This document shows positions 37,440-52,014 of a stretch of DNA of 64,000 nt, piece by piece (position 1 is the first letter of the stretch; every line of letters begins with the position of its first letter). The notes beneath the pieces are model-generated. The model did not search any database. It was not told where the DNA came from and was given only the letters and a program-made list of their open reading frames with translations. Origin of the DNA: Octopus sinensis (Eukaryota); assembly GCF_006345805.1 (NCBI RefSeq), contig NC_043011.1:1-64000 (forward strand). Reading direction: 5' to 3'. The position numbers and the translations under genes were made by a program.

Positions 37440-38090
37440 AAACTTAGACATGTTTCGACCAAAGATTGATCCAGGCCATGACTAACTTAACAGCACCACC
37501 TGATAGGATTATCTAAATCCATTTTAATATAAGTTTTGTGGTATCATGGTCCATTCAAGTAGTGAGTCCTTGCTGGGTGAGTTGTATCCAGGTATGATTG
37601 GCTTATCTGGTGTTCGTTGAATGAATTTGTCCAGATTCCGTTTAAAGATGATGGGGTCATTTCCCTCTTTAATCAGTTTTGGGACAATGTTAAACAGAGA
37701 GGGCTGGTTGAGGAAAAGAAATTGTGTCACAGTGTGCCTATATGTTGTGATCCTGAATTGGGCAAGAGACTTATGGCCCATAATTCCTGCCTTACATGAA
37801 CCCTGAAGCTAATGTTCAGGTCGTTTGGGCAATGCTGGCGGTATATTCTCCACATCGTGCAAATGATGTACCGCTCGTGGCGGCACTGGAGAGAGTAGAG
37901 TTTCAAGGCTTTAAGGCGGCCCCAGTAACCGAGATCAGTCATGCCCTTAATTCGTTTGGAGAATGCCCTCTGGGGTGATTCAATTTTTGAGATGTATTGT
38001 ATGGGGAGACCACAAGGGGCAGCAGTATTCGAGTCATGGCCGTACAAAGGAAGAGAAAAGTGGAATGATGACACCTTGTTCTCTGGACCG
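37440..38090 (-). mobile_element. CR1/L2-like LINE 3' fragment
   Basis: ISKIESPQRAFSKRIKGMTDLGYWGRLKALKLYSLQCRHERY...FKRNLDKF resembles the C-terminal domain of CR1-group ORF2. Frameshifted. Confidence 0.75.
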
Positions 38091-38595
38091 TAGCGTCGGG
38101 TGAAATACCGCTAAGCAATTCGCTCGGCGTACTAACGATTCTGCCAGCTCGCACCCTTAATAATTATTTCAAATTTTTGCCTCAAGAGCAGCTTGAAGGA
38201 ATTGGGGATGAGTCAATTACATCGGTCCCAGTGTTCAACTGGTACTTATTTTATCGACCCTCGGCGGAATTTGAACTCAGAACGTCAATACGGACGAAAT
38301 ACCGCTGAGCATTTTGCAATGTGTGCCATCGATTCTGCCAGCCCACCGACCATCTCGTTGTCTTAATGATAAAAATTCTTTCAACTATCGGTAAAAAGCC
38401 TGAAATGTTGGTGGAGGGAGTGGTCAGTCGATTACACCGTGTCCCGTGCCCCAGGGCTGACAAAAGCTGGTACTTCTTTCATCAACCCTTTAAATATGAA
38501 AGATAAATGCGAACTCGGCGGAATTTGATCACAGAATATAAAGCAGGACAAAATGGCGTTAAACATTTTGTTCGACGCATAAACGACTCTGCTTG
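38090..38595 (-). mobile_element. Cluster of SINE family A fragments
   Basis: Repeated cggcggaatttga(a)ctcagaa and aaataccgct(a/g)agca. Confidence 0.7.
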
Positions 38596-38643
38596 CTCGA
38601 ATGCTGTTTTGCGCCATGTGTCTGTATTCTTCTATTCCTCGTT

Positions 38644-38862
38644 CTTTTACTTGCTTCTGTCATTTGACTGCGGCCATGCTAGAGCACCGCCTTTAGACGA
38701 CCAAATCGACCTCAGGAATTATTCTTTGTAAGCTTAGTACTTATTCTATCGGACTCTTTGCCGAACCGCTAACGAGGACGTAAACAAACCAACATCAGTT
38801 GTCAAGCGCTGATGGGGGCCAAACACAGACACACCAATACACACACACACACACACACACCA

Positions 38863-38924
<62 letters not shown>

Positions 38925-39075
38925 TCACGACGGTCTTCTTTCAGTTTCCGTCAACCAAATCCAGGCGCAAGATTTTTTGTCTGTCCGAGGCTATATTAGA
39001 AAACATTTGCCCAAGGTGCCACGCAGTGGGACTGAACCCGAAACCATTTGATTGGGAAGTAAACACACCCACCCT
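38644..39075 (-). mobile_element. SINE family B with internal (CA)n
   Basis: Tail and head modules flank a (CA)n/(TA)n tract. Confidence 0.8.
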
Positions 39076-39244
39076 GCGTCTAATATGTATATGTTTGTTT
39101 GTTCTCTTGTTTTCTACGCGTGTGTGTGTGTTTTTTTATGTGCGTGTGTGTGTGTATGAACCAATACTATGCCGACTTGTGCTTAGATACTTTTGACATC
39201 CTCCACGTCAGTTTTTGTGAAGAGTTGTCTCCTCTTGGTTTCTT

Positions 39245-39318
<74 letters not shown>

Positions 39319-39524
39319 TTTCTCTCTCTCTCTCACACACACACAGTATTGATGTGTGTGGATTGTCGCTCATAACACAATACCCCTACACAATACACAT
39401 AACCCCGCCACTCCACACCCGAAAACACTGCCGACACTACAAACCACATACTTAACTATATATATATATATATATTTATGTATGTATGTATATACATACA
39501 TATATATATATATATACACACCAC

Positions 39525-39560
<36 letters not shown>

Positions 39561-39639
39561 TACATATATATACATATATATATATACATACAATATATAC
39601 ATATACATATATATATGTAACATACATATATACATATAC

Positions 39640-39693
<54 letters not shown>

Positions 39694-39800
39694 ACATATA
39701 TATACATATACATATATATATAAATATATATATATATGTGTATATATATATGTATGTATGTATATAAAACAATACATCACACAGTACTCAGTACAACTGT
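39245..39800. repeat. (CT)n and (TA/TACA)n microsatellites
   Basis: Seen directly. Confidence 0.9.
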
Positions 39801-40370
39801 ATACCCACATACATAATGTCACAATACACCATATATACGCGCACGCGCACACGGATACATACACACACTACGCGCGCGCGCTCGCACATTCATGCGTTCA
39901 CTACATCACATTAAACAGTGACACTTTCGACGTGATACCTGCGAGGCAAATCATGAAACGAGACGAAATGAATGAAGGCGAATATGTTGAAGTGGCCTAA
40001 AAAAAAGAAACTATTGGAGGTGGAGGGGGAGAAGGAGGGGAAGAGGAGGAAGGATGATGATGATAATGATGATGATGATGATGATGAGGTGGAGGAGGAG
40101 GAGGTGGAAGAGTGATGGTGGAGGTGATGCTGGTGGTGGTATTGTGCTGGCTCTACTTGTGTGTTGGTCGAGAGGCTATTGTATGCTCGTTGGCGTGGTT
40201 GCAGTTTAGGTGCTCTATGATCAAAGACATTCCACTCATGACCATCACGACATTTTTTTTTCCAACGTACAGTGAAACAAAAACCATGTATAATTATAAC
40301 CACGAAATTTACCTCTAGCACAAACATCGCCATCATCACCGCAGCCATTCCCTTATACCACACAAATGCC

Positions 40371-40615
40371 TATTTCTTTACTACCCACAAGGGGATAAAC
40401 ACAGAGGAGACAAACAGATTAAGTCGATTACATCAACCCCAGTGCGTAACTGGTACTTAATTTATCGACCCCGAAAGGATGAAAGGCAAAGTCGACCTCG
40501 GCGGAATTTGAACTCAGAATGTGGCGGCAGACGAAATACCGCTAAGCATTTTGCCCGGCGTGCTAACGGTTCTGCCAGCTGGCCGCCTTACCGCCATCAT
40601 ACTCTGCACGTAACC

Positions 40616-40647
<32 letters not shown>

Positions 40648-41200
40648 CAACAACGAAAACAGCAACAATAACAGGCCCATCACCACCACCACCACCTCCA
40701 TGTATTCTTTCTTAAGATGGCAGGTTCTGATTTGAGGGAAATTCGACTGCTATATCAACCAAGCTGAACGACCAGAGATTGCCTCAATCAATGGCTGGCA
40801 TGATGAAAGAGTAGCGTGATGGTTTCGGTGGGGTGGCTAGTATTGGTGGTAGAATGTTGGTGTTATTTGCAAAAGTACTCTTTTCTACCCTAGGCACAAA
40901 GCCCGAAATTTTGGGGTAGGGGCCAGTCGATTAGATCGACCGCTGTACGCAACTGGTACTTAATTTATCGACCCCGAAAGGATGAAAGGCAAAGTCGACC
41001 TCAGAACGTAGCGGCAGACGAAATACCGTTAAGTATTTCGCCCAGCGTGGTAACGTTTCTTATTTCTTTATTGCACACTAGAGGCTAAACATAGAGGGGG
41101 CAAACAAGGACAGACAAATGGATTAAGTCGATTACATCGACCCTAGTGCGCAACTGGTTCTTAATTTATCGCTTCTGAAAGGATGAAAGGCAAAGTCGGT
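40371..41200 (-). mobile_element. Three SINE family A copies (40371-40588, 40873-41060, 41060-41200)
   Basis: Repeated ctggtacttaatttatcgaccccgaaaggatgaaaggcaaagtcgacc. Confidence 0.85.
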
Positions 41201-41649
41201 TGAGCGACTACCAAGATACTCCCTCAAACAGTTAGCCTTGATCAAAAGTATTCCAGCCGTGACGATCACGACATTTTATGTATCTGGGACATTAAATCGT
41301 CCTACACGATTTTTGTTGAAGGTGTTAGTGGAGTGAGACTGGAGTTCATTAGGCTGCTATTTCTACCATCCTAAGTGACTTCCTACTGGTTCCTTCCAAG
41401 ATGTGGTTGGGTTGACAATTCTTTTATTCTTTTATTCTTTTACTTGTTTCAGTCATTTGACTGCAGCCATGCTGGAGCACCGCCTTTAGTCGAACACGTC
41501 GACCCCGCCAGGACTTATTATTTGTAAGCCTAGTACTTATTTGTATCGGTCTCTTTTGCCAAACCGCTAGATAAGGGGGACGTAAACACACCAATATCGG
41601 TTGTCAAGCGATGTTGGGGAGGACAGACACAGAAACATACATATACACA

Positions 41650-42111
41650 CACATAATGGTGGTGGTTTTGGCGATGACGACGATGATTACGGTAACAAAG
41701 AGGATGATGATGATGGTGATGATGAGGATGAGGGTGGTGGTGGTGGTGATAATGAAGAGGAGGATAAGGATGAAGAGTAGAAGAATGATGTGGAGTAGGA
41801 GGAGGATGAAACGCCGGTGGCGATGTTGTTGATGATTATGATAGTGATGGTGATGAAGATGATGATGATGATGACGATGGCTGATCGGTGTTGGTGGTGG
41901 TGATGGTAGTGTTGGTAGCAGTGTTGAGGAGATGATGACGAGGAGGAGGACGAGGACGAGGAGGAAGGGGAGGAAGGGGAGGAAGGGGAGGAAGGGGAGG
42001 AGGAGGAAATGGAGAACGATCGCGTCAGTGACGATGTCGTTGTTCTTGATCATGATAATGATAACGATGATGATGATGGTGATAACAATGATGATGATGA
42101 TGATGATGATG

Positions 42112-42142
<31 letters not shown>

Positions 42143-42155
42143 CGATGACGATGAC

Positions 42156-42187
<32 letters not shown>

Positions 42188-42239
42188 CGATGATGACGAT
42201 GATGATGATGATGATGATGATGATGACGAGGACGACGAC

Positions 42240-42283
<44 letters not shown>

Positions 42284-42284
42284 C

Positions 42285-42322
<38 letters not shown>

Positions 42323-42461
42323 CGACGACGACGATGATGTGATGATGATGATGATGATGATGATGACGATGATGATGATGATGATGATGATGACGATGAT
42401 GATGATGATGACGATGATGATGATGATGATGATGACGATGATGATGATGTTGATGATGACA

Positions 42462-42492
<31 letters not shown>

Positions 42493-42541
42493 CGATGACG
42501 ATGACGATGATGATGATGATGATGATGATGACGATGATGAC

Positions 42542-42579
<38 letters not shown>

Positions 42580-42589
42580 CGATGATGAC

Positions 42590-42628
<39 letters not shown>

Positions 42629-42636
42629 GGTGATGG

Positions 42637-42675
<39 letters not shown>

Positions 42676-42751
42676 CGATGATGATGGTGATGATGATGAT
42701 GATGATGACGATGATGATGACGATGACGATGATGATGATGATGACGACGAC

Positions 42752-42786
<35 letters not shown>

Positions 42787-42859
42787 CGATGATGATGATG
42801 ATGATGATGACGACGATGATGATGATGATGACGATTACGATGATGATGATGATGACGAC

Positions 42860-42891
<32 letters not shown>

Positions 42892-42970
42892 CGAGGACGA
42901 TGAAGATGACGATGAAGATGATGATTTTGATGATAATGATGATGATGGTGATGACGGTGATGACGAAGCA
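41650..42970. repeat. 1.3-kb (GAT/GAC/GAG)n field
   Basis: Seen directly; ORFs 41604..42971, 41932..42342 and 42009..42977 are poly-H/M/D. Confidence 0.95.
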
Positions 42971-43844
42971 TATCTAATCGTTCGCCACCGTCATCGTTAA
43001 TGGCTGTTATGTCCGTTTGCCATCGTCATCGTCATCGTCACAGTGGTTCTGTTGCCGTCGGCGATGGCGACGTCGGTGGTAAGCGTTTGTTGTTGTCGGT
43101 GTCGGAGCCGGCGGCGGCGGTGGTGGTGACGGCGGCGGGGGCGGCGGCGGCAGGTAGTGCGTGGTATGTGTTTAGTTTAGTACGAGTAGTAAACACTGTG
43201 CGTTGGTGAATGGAGACGGTGGTGGTGGGGTGGGTGTTGGTGGTGGGGAAGTCTTAGATGTTGATGTTAACAATGATAAGACGGGCAAATGTCTGGGGGC
43301 GGGGGGTGGAGTATTGATGAGACGGATAACGTTTGTGGAGGGCTGGTAGTGGTAGTGGAGGTAGTAGTTATAGTAGCGGTGGTGGTGGTGGTGTGGTGGT
43401 GGTGGTGGTGGTGGCGGCTGAAGTTGGTGTTGATGTTCTTGTTGTTGGCGGTGTTGGGGTAACTAAGCTATTAATTAATGACTGGCTATTGTGTGTGTGT
43501 GTGTGTGTGTGTGTGTTTATGTCTATACATGTGATTGAATGGGTTTGTGAATGTGCATAAGTGTGTGTGTGTGTGTGTATGCTTGTGTGTATGTGTACGT
43601 ATACGCGTATTCGCGTGTATAAATGCATGCATGAAAAGATATGTGTGCATGTATGCGTCTACAGTGTATTGTATGTTTATTTCTGTATATATATGTATAT
43701 ACAAATACGTATATGCCTACATGTGTCCCTGTACATGTATGTACAGGCACACATGTATAGAGACAAAGCAATATACATGTATGTAGACTGCTTTGTCTTT
43801 AAAATTGCGTACTTGCATGCTACGAGTGTCTGTCTGTCTGTTTT

Positions 43845-43882
<38 letters not shown>

Positions 43883-44575
43883 ATATAATATATATATTAT
43901 ATATATATATATATATAGAATATATATATAATATTATTATTTATATATATATATATTATATATATATATATAGATATAATATATATTATATATATATATA
44001 TATAGTCACTATGAGGATATTTTGAATGTCTTACAGGGATATTTTTATCCAAGACACTTGTTTAATATATTATATTTTGAAGAGATATTTCTTCAATGAA
44101 TAATTTATATAAAATATCGTAAAATATCAAACATTATTATCGAGTTAGAAAACAGAGAGATCTAATGGATACAAATAAATTTACTAATTACTTAACATGT
44201 TCACCTACAATTGCTTCATTTCTCAACCAAAATTACAGCTACAAAACATATACAAATATATAATTTTGCATTTTAAAGTACCCTGGATGGAAACTCATCA
44301 GGGTGTACAGAGGAAAAAGAAGGATTACATTATGTTTTGTAGTTTTAAAACTTTCTTTGTGAAATGAAACAATTGTAGGTGAATATGTTAATTAATGAAT
44401 AAATCAATTTGTATCCTTTAGATCTCTTCGTTTTTGTTGCAGCTTGATAATGATATTATATATATATATATATATATATGCACATATACATATATGTATA
44501 TATATGTATATATGTGTGTATGTGTGTGTATAAATATGATAAATATGTATGTAAATATATATATATAAAACACAC

Positions 44576-44617
<42 letters not shown>

Positions 44618-44704
44618 AAATCCAGCGGGTAAAGTTCCATCTTTTTCAGCTGTTTGTTCTTCCTACTTGTGCAGAGTCGCTCAAACATTTACAAGGAGCG
44701 GGTT

Positions 44705-44772
44705 AGACCGGAGTAACACATAAATGTGAAACAAGGTGGAAAAAAGAGTACTCAAATACCAGTGGTAGAGTA

Positions 44773-44827
<55 letters not shown>

Positions 44828-44910
44828 TGGAGTAAACACATAAATGTGAAACAAGATGGAAAAAGTGTACTCAAATACCAGGGGTAGAGTAATATGCTTT
44901 TAAATAAAGT
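44705..44910. repeat. Two tandem copies of a Penelope-type tail fragment separated by (TA)n
   Basis: c(c/t)ggagtaa(a)cacataaatgtgaaacaag(g/a)tggaaaaa..gtactcaaataccag.ggtagagtaatat twice; a third copy is at 26850. Confidence 0.75.
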
Positions 44911-45184
44911 ATATATATATATATATGTACAGGTGCGTGCAAAAGATAGGTATACAGTAAGTATCACGCCAATGTTATAATAATTAATTCATTTAATTAT
45001 TAGCATATTAAATCAGTTTGGCTCATTTTTGATATTTTCAGTATCATTAATCATAATTATACATTAATGATAACTATGATAATACTTGTATCGTAACTTC
45101 TAATTTTTTTATAAAAACATGAGTATTGTACGCGTATTCTGTTTTCATAACTGTAACTTACATTTGTACCATCCTGTGTGTATG

Positions 45185-45230
<46 letters not shown>

Positions 45231-45239
45231 AATATATAT

Positions 45240-45278
<39 letters not shown>

Positions 45279-45469
45279 CAACAAGGATATCCAAATGTAG
45301 TGTATTACAATCGTTTCATACTACTTCATTTTATTAAACAATGTAAGTATTACATCAGTTTTAAAATATAGAGCAATCTTTAGTCGCATATGGAAATTTT
45401 TAATTAAATTGACAATACTCATTTTTATACTAATTCGTTCATTCTTTCAAATGTTTTAGTCATGTCACT

Positions 45470-45612
45470 GCTGCGTTTCTATCTGTGTCTGTCCACCCAT
45501 CATCGCTTGACAACCTGTGTTGGCGTGTTTATGTCCACGTAACTTAGTGGTTCGACAAAAGACTCCAATAGAATAAGTACCAGGCTTCAAAAGAATAAGA
45601 CCCTGGGTCGAT
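45470..45612 (+). mobile_element. SINE family B, 3' half, truncated
   Basis: cgcttgacaacc...gtaacttag.ggttcgacaaaagac..atagaataagtacc..gggtcgatt. Confidence 0.75.
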
Positions 45613-46036
45613 TTAAGTTCAACAAACTCTGGTCCTTCATTAAAAGAATACGTCCATCCATATCTCACCAAAATAGTCGATAAGACCTCCAAAGCCATTT
45701 CACTGTTTCCGCTGTCGAATCATTTTTGATGCAGTATGGAACGAAGATTATTGATCAACAGTTTGTTCTGAACAGAATTGCAGCGTCATCCATTGTTATT
45801 TATGCAATGGTCGGCTTTTATCTCGTTCATCAGGGCCTCTGGCTCAGAGAATTCTTCTGCTCAGCGTGAGAGTCCTATCTGTAATGTTTCCTGTGCTTAG
45901 GCGCTTGAAAATGCTGAGAATAAACTGAAAACTGCTCAAGATCCAGAATCTAAGAAACATTTCCAGAAAATATCATTGCTATCATGAGACAATCTCGAGA
46001 GATTTGTTGCTACAAAATCACCCACTGAGATTTTGA
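45613..46036 (+). pseudogene. ACADVL: Very-long-chain acyl-CoA dehydrogenase-like C-terminal fragment, intronless and frameshifted (probable processed pseudogene)
   Basis: Stitched frames read SGPSLKEYVHPYLTKIVDKTSKAISLF/SAVESFLMQYGTKIIDQQFVLNRIAASSIVIYAMV/LSRSS..LAQRI/SAQRESPICNVSCA*ALENAENKLKTAQDPESKKHFQKISLLS*DNLERFVAT/NHPLRF*. From memory this parallels the VLCAD C-terminus (VHP.L, EQF.L.R.A, YAM..VLSR.S, AQHE..LC, NPLGF*). ACAD9 is the less likely alternative. Confidence 0.75.
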
Positions 46037-46082
46037 TGAAGATTGTACCACTTAATGAAACACACACACACACACATATATT

Positions 46083-46382
46083 GTGGAGGCACATGGCCTA
46101 GTGGTTAGAGTAGCGGACTTGCGGTCGAGGGATCGCGTGTTCGGATCTCAGACCCGGGCGATGTGTGTGTTTACGAGCGAAACACCTCAGCTACACGCGG
46201 CTCCGGCAAAATGTAATGGCGAACCTCTGCTGAATCTTTCGCCACAACTTTCTCTCACTCTTTCCTCCTGCATCTTGTAGCTCACCTGCGACGGACCGGA
46301 GTCCAGACGAGGTGGGGAATCTATACGCCAAGGAAACCGGAAAACCGGGCCTATGAGCCAGGCATGGCTCGAGAAGAAACAA
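46083..46382 (+). mobile_element. SINE family D-related copy
   Basis: gtggaggcacatggcctagtggttagagtagcggacttgcggtcgagggatcgcgtgttcggatctc (tRNA-like head). Confidence 0.8.
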
Positions 46383-46572
46383 GCATATATATATACATAT
46401 GTAAAATTATTGTTAAATGTTTCATTTTTTTAAATGTTATTTATATATTTATTTTTAACCACTAATCTTCATACAGGGGACCCGCATTTATCATCATTAG
46501 CAGCAGCAGCAGTAATTGTAGTAGCAGCAGCAATATTATTATCAGCAGTAGCAGAGGCTGCTGCTCTTACAT

Positions 46573-47458
46573 GCCTTTCAGACATCAGATGATGGAGTGT
46601 TTCTGCTCAGTAGAAGTGACGGGAAACTGTTCAATCTCTCGCGCCTGCGTGCCAAGACCAAAATCAGAAGCGTCCTAATCAAGGAGATGCTATTTGCTGA
46701 TGATGCCGCTTTGGTATCTAACACAGAAGAAGCCCTACAAAGGCTCATCAACTGTTTTGGGCAAGCATGTAACGACTTTGGCTTAGTTATCAGGAAGACC
46801 AACATCTTGGGTCAGGCTACATCGGACATCCCAAACATACATATTGGAGACCACAGATTACATGAGGTGGAGAAGTTTATCTATCTTGGCTCTACCGTCA
46901 CCTACAACCTATCCCTTGACACTGAGCTCAATATACGCATTGGCAAGGCAGCTGCTGTGATGGCCCAACTCTGCAAACAGGCATGGGACAACAATAAGCT
47001 GACCAAGACCACAAAAATGAAGATTTACCAGGCATGTGTACTTAGCACTCTACTGTATGGAAGTGAGACTTGGACGCCATACACACGCCAAGAGCGTCGC
47101 CTCAATATCTTTCACCTGTTCTGCCTCCGAAAATCCTTGGCATCAAGTGGCAGAATCATGTCCCCAACAATGATGTCCTCAAGCAAGCAGGAATACAAGC
47201 ATGTTTGCACTCCTCCCACAAAGACGTATGAGATGGCTTGGATATGTTAGCCGTATGGAAGATGGCAGAATCCCCAAGGACATACTCTACGGAGAGCTTG
47301 CTAGGGGCACTAGGTCTGTGGGAAGACCGTTCTTACGTTACAAGGATGTTTGCAAAAGGGACATGAAGGCCTGCAACATCAATATTAGCAGTTGGGAAGC
47401 AATTGCCAGCAACCGTGGTGATTGGCGACGTACCGTAAAAGAGGGAATACAAAGGAGT

Positions 47459-47509
<51 letters not shown>

Positions 47510-47728
47510 AATGGAAAGACAAGAAAAGACGTCAACAAGAAACTATGGCATTACAACCAGCCAGGAACAGTCTTCACTACATTTGCGGCACCTGCCAGAG
47601 GGAGTGTTTGTCCAGGATAGGACTACACTGCCACAGCAGGAAATGTATCAGGACATGAAATGTAAAAGCCGGACTAGATTATTTTAGGCGCAACTCCATT
47701 ATCTCCCGGGACAAAAAGTATGCCAAAA
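46573..47728 (+). mobile_element. RTE-clade LINE 3' fragment
   Basis: RSDGKLFNLSRLRAKTK, EMLFADDAAL, FIYLGS, STLLYGSETW, RWLGYVSRMEDGRIPKDILYGEL, GRPFLRYKDVCKRDMK. One frameshift at ~47130 and a (GA)n insertion at 47461-47504. Confidence 0.9.
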
Positions 47729-48220
47729 ACATTAATATATATATACACACACACACGCACATATATATATATATATATACATACATACAGAGAGAGATGG
47801 CGAGTGACAGGTAGATAGGTATACAGATATATAAGATAGATTAATGGACAGATTGATAGCAGCGGTTTAAATGTCCAGACTAGGATAGCTGTATAGGATT
47901 TCCAGGCAGAGTTGAGGAAGCAAACCAAAGGACATAGTTGAAGAGACATAGTTGAAGAGAGATGCTTGTAAAATTGTGGAAAGTTACTTTAATCTAATTT
48001 GTAAAGAAATATAAGATAAAATAACATATTATTGAACGCAACTCCAGTAAAAGGGACCAAAAATGTTGGTGGGTAATGCCAATATCAGCAGAAGACACCC
48101 CAACACACAAGGGCACGCGCACATGTATAGATGTACGTGTATATGTAAGACCATGTGTAACTTCACATTTATGTTAAAAATCAATCAATCAATCAATCAA
48201 TCTCTCTCTTCCTCTTTCTG

Positions 48221-48265
<45 letters not shown>

Positions 48266-48895
48266 TTCTTTATATACGTGTAAACATGGTGGCTGCCCCC
48301 TCGTTATCGAGTATGGGCATTGCACGAAGCTTAACCAATGTTGTTATCGTGCAATGCCTGTGCAAGAGATTTTTTTAAAGTGAGGAAAGGCTGTGACCTG
48401 AGTCAATCTCACTCACTAAGCAACAGCAGCCATAATCTGAAAAGAAGAACAAGTCAACATCATCGGTAACCACTGAGCCGCAGGGTTTTATGTCGGAGTT
48501 ATCCCAGTTACCTGAGTTACCTTCTCCTAGAAGGATGCCCTAACAAAGGCTGGGAGTCCTTTACTCTCAATGGTTTAACCGCGCGATCGGGTATTGTGTC
48601 CGATTATTTCTATGTCCCCGCGCATGATACAGCTTTAAGGCATTTATTGACTCTCAAGAGTTCCTCCGCCCTTTGACGGGTTTTCTTTTTCATCCCGCAG
48701 GGTGTCCAATAAACACCCTCCTCACCAACCAAGCTTGGTGGGGTTGCCGGTTTAGTCGCCGACAACCCGACCATGCAACAGGTTGTACTGGGTTATATGT
48801 TACCAGTAGCGTTCTAAAGTGACTTGATATACATGCATACATACACAGAAACGCACATATATGCATATATATGTACGTATGTGCACACACACACA

Positions 48896-48926
<31 letters not shown>

Positions 48927-49499
48927 GTACGCACACACATACACACACACGCAGGCACACACACACCATATCTATGTTATGTGTTTTCAGAAAAGAGCAT
49001 GGTTAAGTTTATAACATATTGTTACGCTAAAATATAATTTTACGATTTCTCAGTATATATTGGCTTCCTCACATTTTCTCCCCCCCTCTCTCGCTCTCAC
49101 TCTCTGTCTCTCTCTCTCTCTCTCTTTTACTGTTACTCATTTTCAGTAACATATCTGTAACCCTCCTCTCCTCCTACTTCTACCTTCATTTTGTTTGTCT
49201 GATTTCCTTACTCTCTTTATTTTTCTCTCTCTCTCACTCTCCCACTCTGATATTTCTCTCACCTTCACTCTCCTTTATTATTCTACCTATTCCTCTCACT
49301 CACTATTTTGCTTTCTGTTTGTTTGTTTCTTTCTTTCTGTTAAAACATTATCTCATATTCTCTGGTTTACGACATCGAATTCTTAACTCCGAAGGACCGT
49401 TTCCATTAAACACACACGTAAACATTAGCCCTCCCACAGACACTCACACGCACACATGCATATACACACAAATACAAATTAACAACATCTATACACACG

Positions 49500-49882
49500 C
49501 ACACACAAAATGCATGTGCGTGTAGAAAGGCCTACACACACACAAACACATACAGTCATGTGTGTGTGTCTCTATACCTACATTCATAGCTACAAGTACA
49601 CATATACTCAATGGACTCATCTACATCCATCCATCCTTCCATCCATCCATCCACACACAAACACACACAAGCACACACACACACAAGCACACACACACAC
49701 CACACAGGCACACACATGTATGTATATATATGTATGTATATATGTATGTATGTATGTATGTTTGTATGAACGTATATATATATCTATATGTATGAGTGTA
49801 TATATATGTATGTATATATGCATATATGTATGTATGTATGAGTGTATATATGTATGTATATATATGTGTGTATGTATGAGTT

Positions 49883-49913
<31 letters not shown>

Positions 49914-50692
49914 TACTATGTATGGATGCATGTATGTATATATATATATATATATATACGTGTGTATGCATGAGTGCATGTATATATGTATGTATCTATG
50001 TATGTATGCAAGCATACATGTATGTATATATAGATATATGTGTGCGTATGCATGAGTATATGTATATATATGCTTGTATCTATGTATGTATGAGTGTATA
50101 TTTATATATGTATATATATGTATACATATTAACACACACATGAATTGTCACTTCGAGGAGTTAAAGTGAGAGAAACGTAACCGGATGACAGTAGTTGATG
50201 CACGACCCCTGGTGGTTGTTAGTAATGGTTACCATTTCATTTGTTGATTGGCTGGTTGGTTAGTTGGTTGGTTAACAAGCTGGTTGGTTCGTAGCCTTGC
50301 TGGCTGGCTGGCTGGCTGGCTGGCTGCATAGCTGGTTTATTGGTCGGTATGCGATGCTGGTGTTGGTGGTGGCGGTGGTCGTGGTGATGGTGGTGGTGTT
50401 CGTGGTGGTGGTCGTGGTGGTGGTCGTGGCAATGTTATTTCTGCGGCAGTAAATGGCGTAATCTTCGCCGCCGATGGATATTAATAAAAATATTCCTGTA
50501 ATGTTACGTTATGTGGTTTTCGGGCTTCAAAAAGACAAACCGTACATGAAACACGGAACCAAATTAAAATGTGATACACGTGCTTCTACACGCATGCGCA
50601 AACACGCAGGGATTTTGACATACAAGACATTCATTTGTAGATACGCTTACACATATGTATCCCGTTCTATGCTTACATGTCTATGTGTGTGT

Positions 50693-50728
<36 letters not shown>

Positions 50729-50768
50729 TTAAACACATATATATGCATATATACGTATCCATACATAT

Positions 50769-50805
<37 letters not shown>

Positions 50806-51095
50806 TATATGTATAGATACATATATGTGTGTATATATATATATGTATACACAAACACACAGATATATACATATATATAAATATATATATACATTTTTAC
50901 ATACAAAAATGTTATATACACACACACAAACATATATGCATATATAATATACGTAATATATATATTTATATATGAATACTCACATTTACATTCACACGTA
51001 TATATATATATATCGAATCCAAACAAAGAACAAACAATAAAAAACAACGCGAGAGCGTGGTGCGAGTACTATATGTATAAATATATATGTATATA

Positions 51096-51142
<47 letters not shown>

Positions 51143-51367
51143 GCACATATATATATATATATATAGATAGATACATAGATGGATGGATAGATAGATAAAT
51201 AGATAGATATGCATGTATACATATCTATAAATATGAATGTATGCATCATGGGATATGTATGTATGTATCTATCTGGTTATATATATATATATGTATACAC
51301 ACGCACACACATAAACATACACACCTATACATTTATATTCATATGTATTTACATATGTATACATATG

Positions 51368-51425
<58 letters not shown>

Positions 51426-51500
51426 AGTATGGGTTTGTGGGTGTGTGTATATATATATGTACTTCATACACACATTCACACACACACACACACGCACTCA
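49500..51500. repeat. Compound (CA)/(TA)/(TATG) microsatellite field
   Basis: Seen directly. Confidence 0.9.
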
Positions 51501-52014
51501 CACATGTATATACTAATACACACACTTCCAACCACACGCGCTGCTGCGTAGACATATTACTCTTTTCACAGCATTTGCATATTAACAGAGATACATAACG
51601 AAAGCGCATTACTACCATTCCTTATTCAATCTCATTCCTTGTCATGTGTATATATTTTATGACCCGAACTATATTAGCCAAAATACACAAACACACACAC
51701 ACCTTCCTATTACAGATTAATGCGTTGCTTACCGCTTCGGCCTCCAGCCCTCCACCCTCACCGTTCTTTCCTACTTGCATACATCGTTGTTTCGACTAAT
51801 ATTATCAGGTATTCATGTTTCTGCAGCTATCTTACTTAACCCTGGCTCTGTGTGGAAGCGGGTGGGTTGGACAACGGATAGGGTGGTTTGTGTGTGTATG
51901 TTTGCTTTCATTTTGCTACAGTTTTCCATTCTTTTTCTTCGTCAGTGTTATGAGTTCGAATCCATCTAACATAGATTGTAATTGAATAATTGTTTCTTTC
52001 TTCTTGGCATTGCT

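Noticed and set aside
43160-43205. Short hairpin gtgttt...aaacac as a miRNA precursor
   Set aside because: The stem is too short and no known mature miRNA was recognised.
48280-48820. Possible RTE-type 5' UTR fragment
   Set aside because: Resemblance from memory only; no coding motif to support it.
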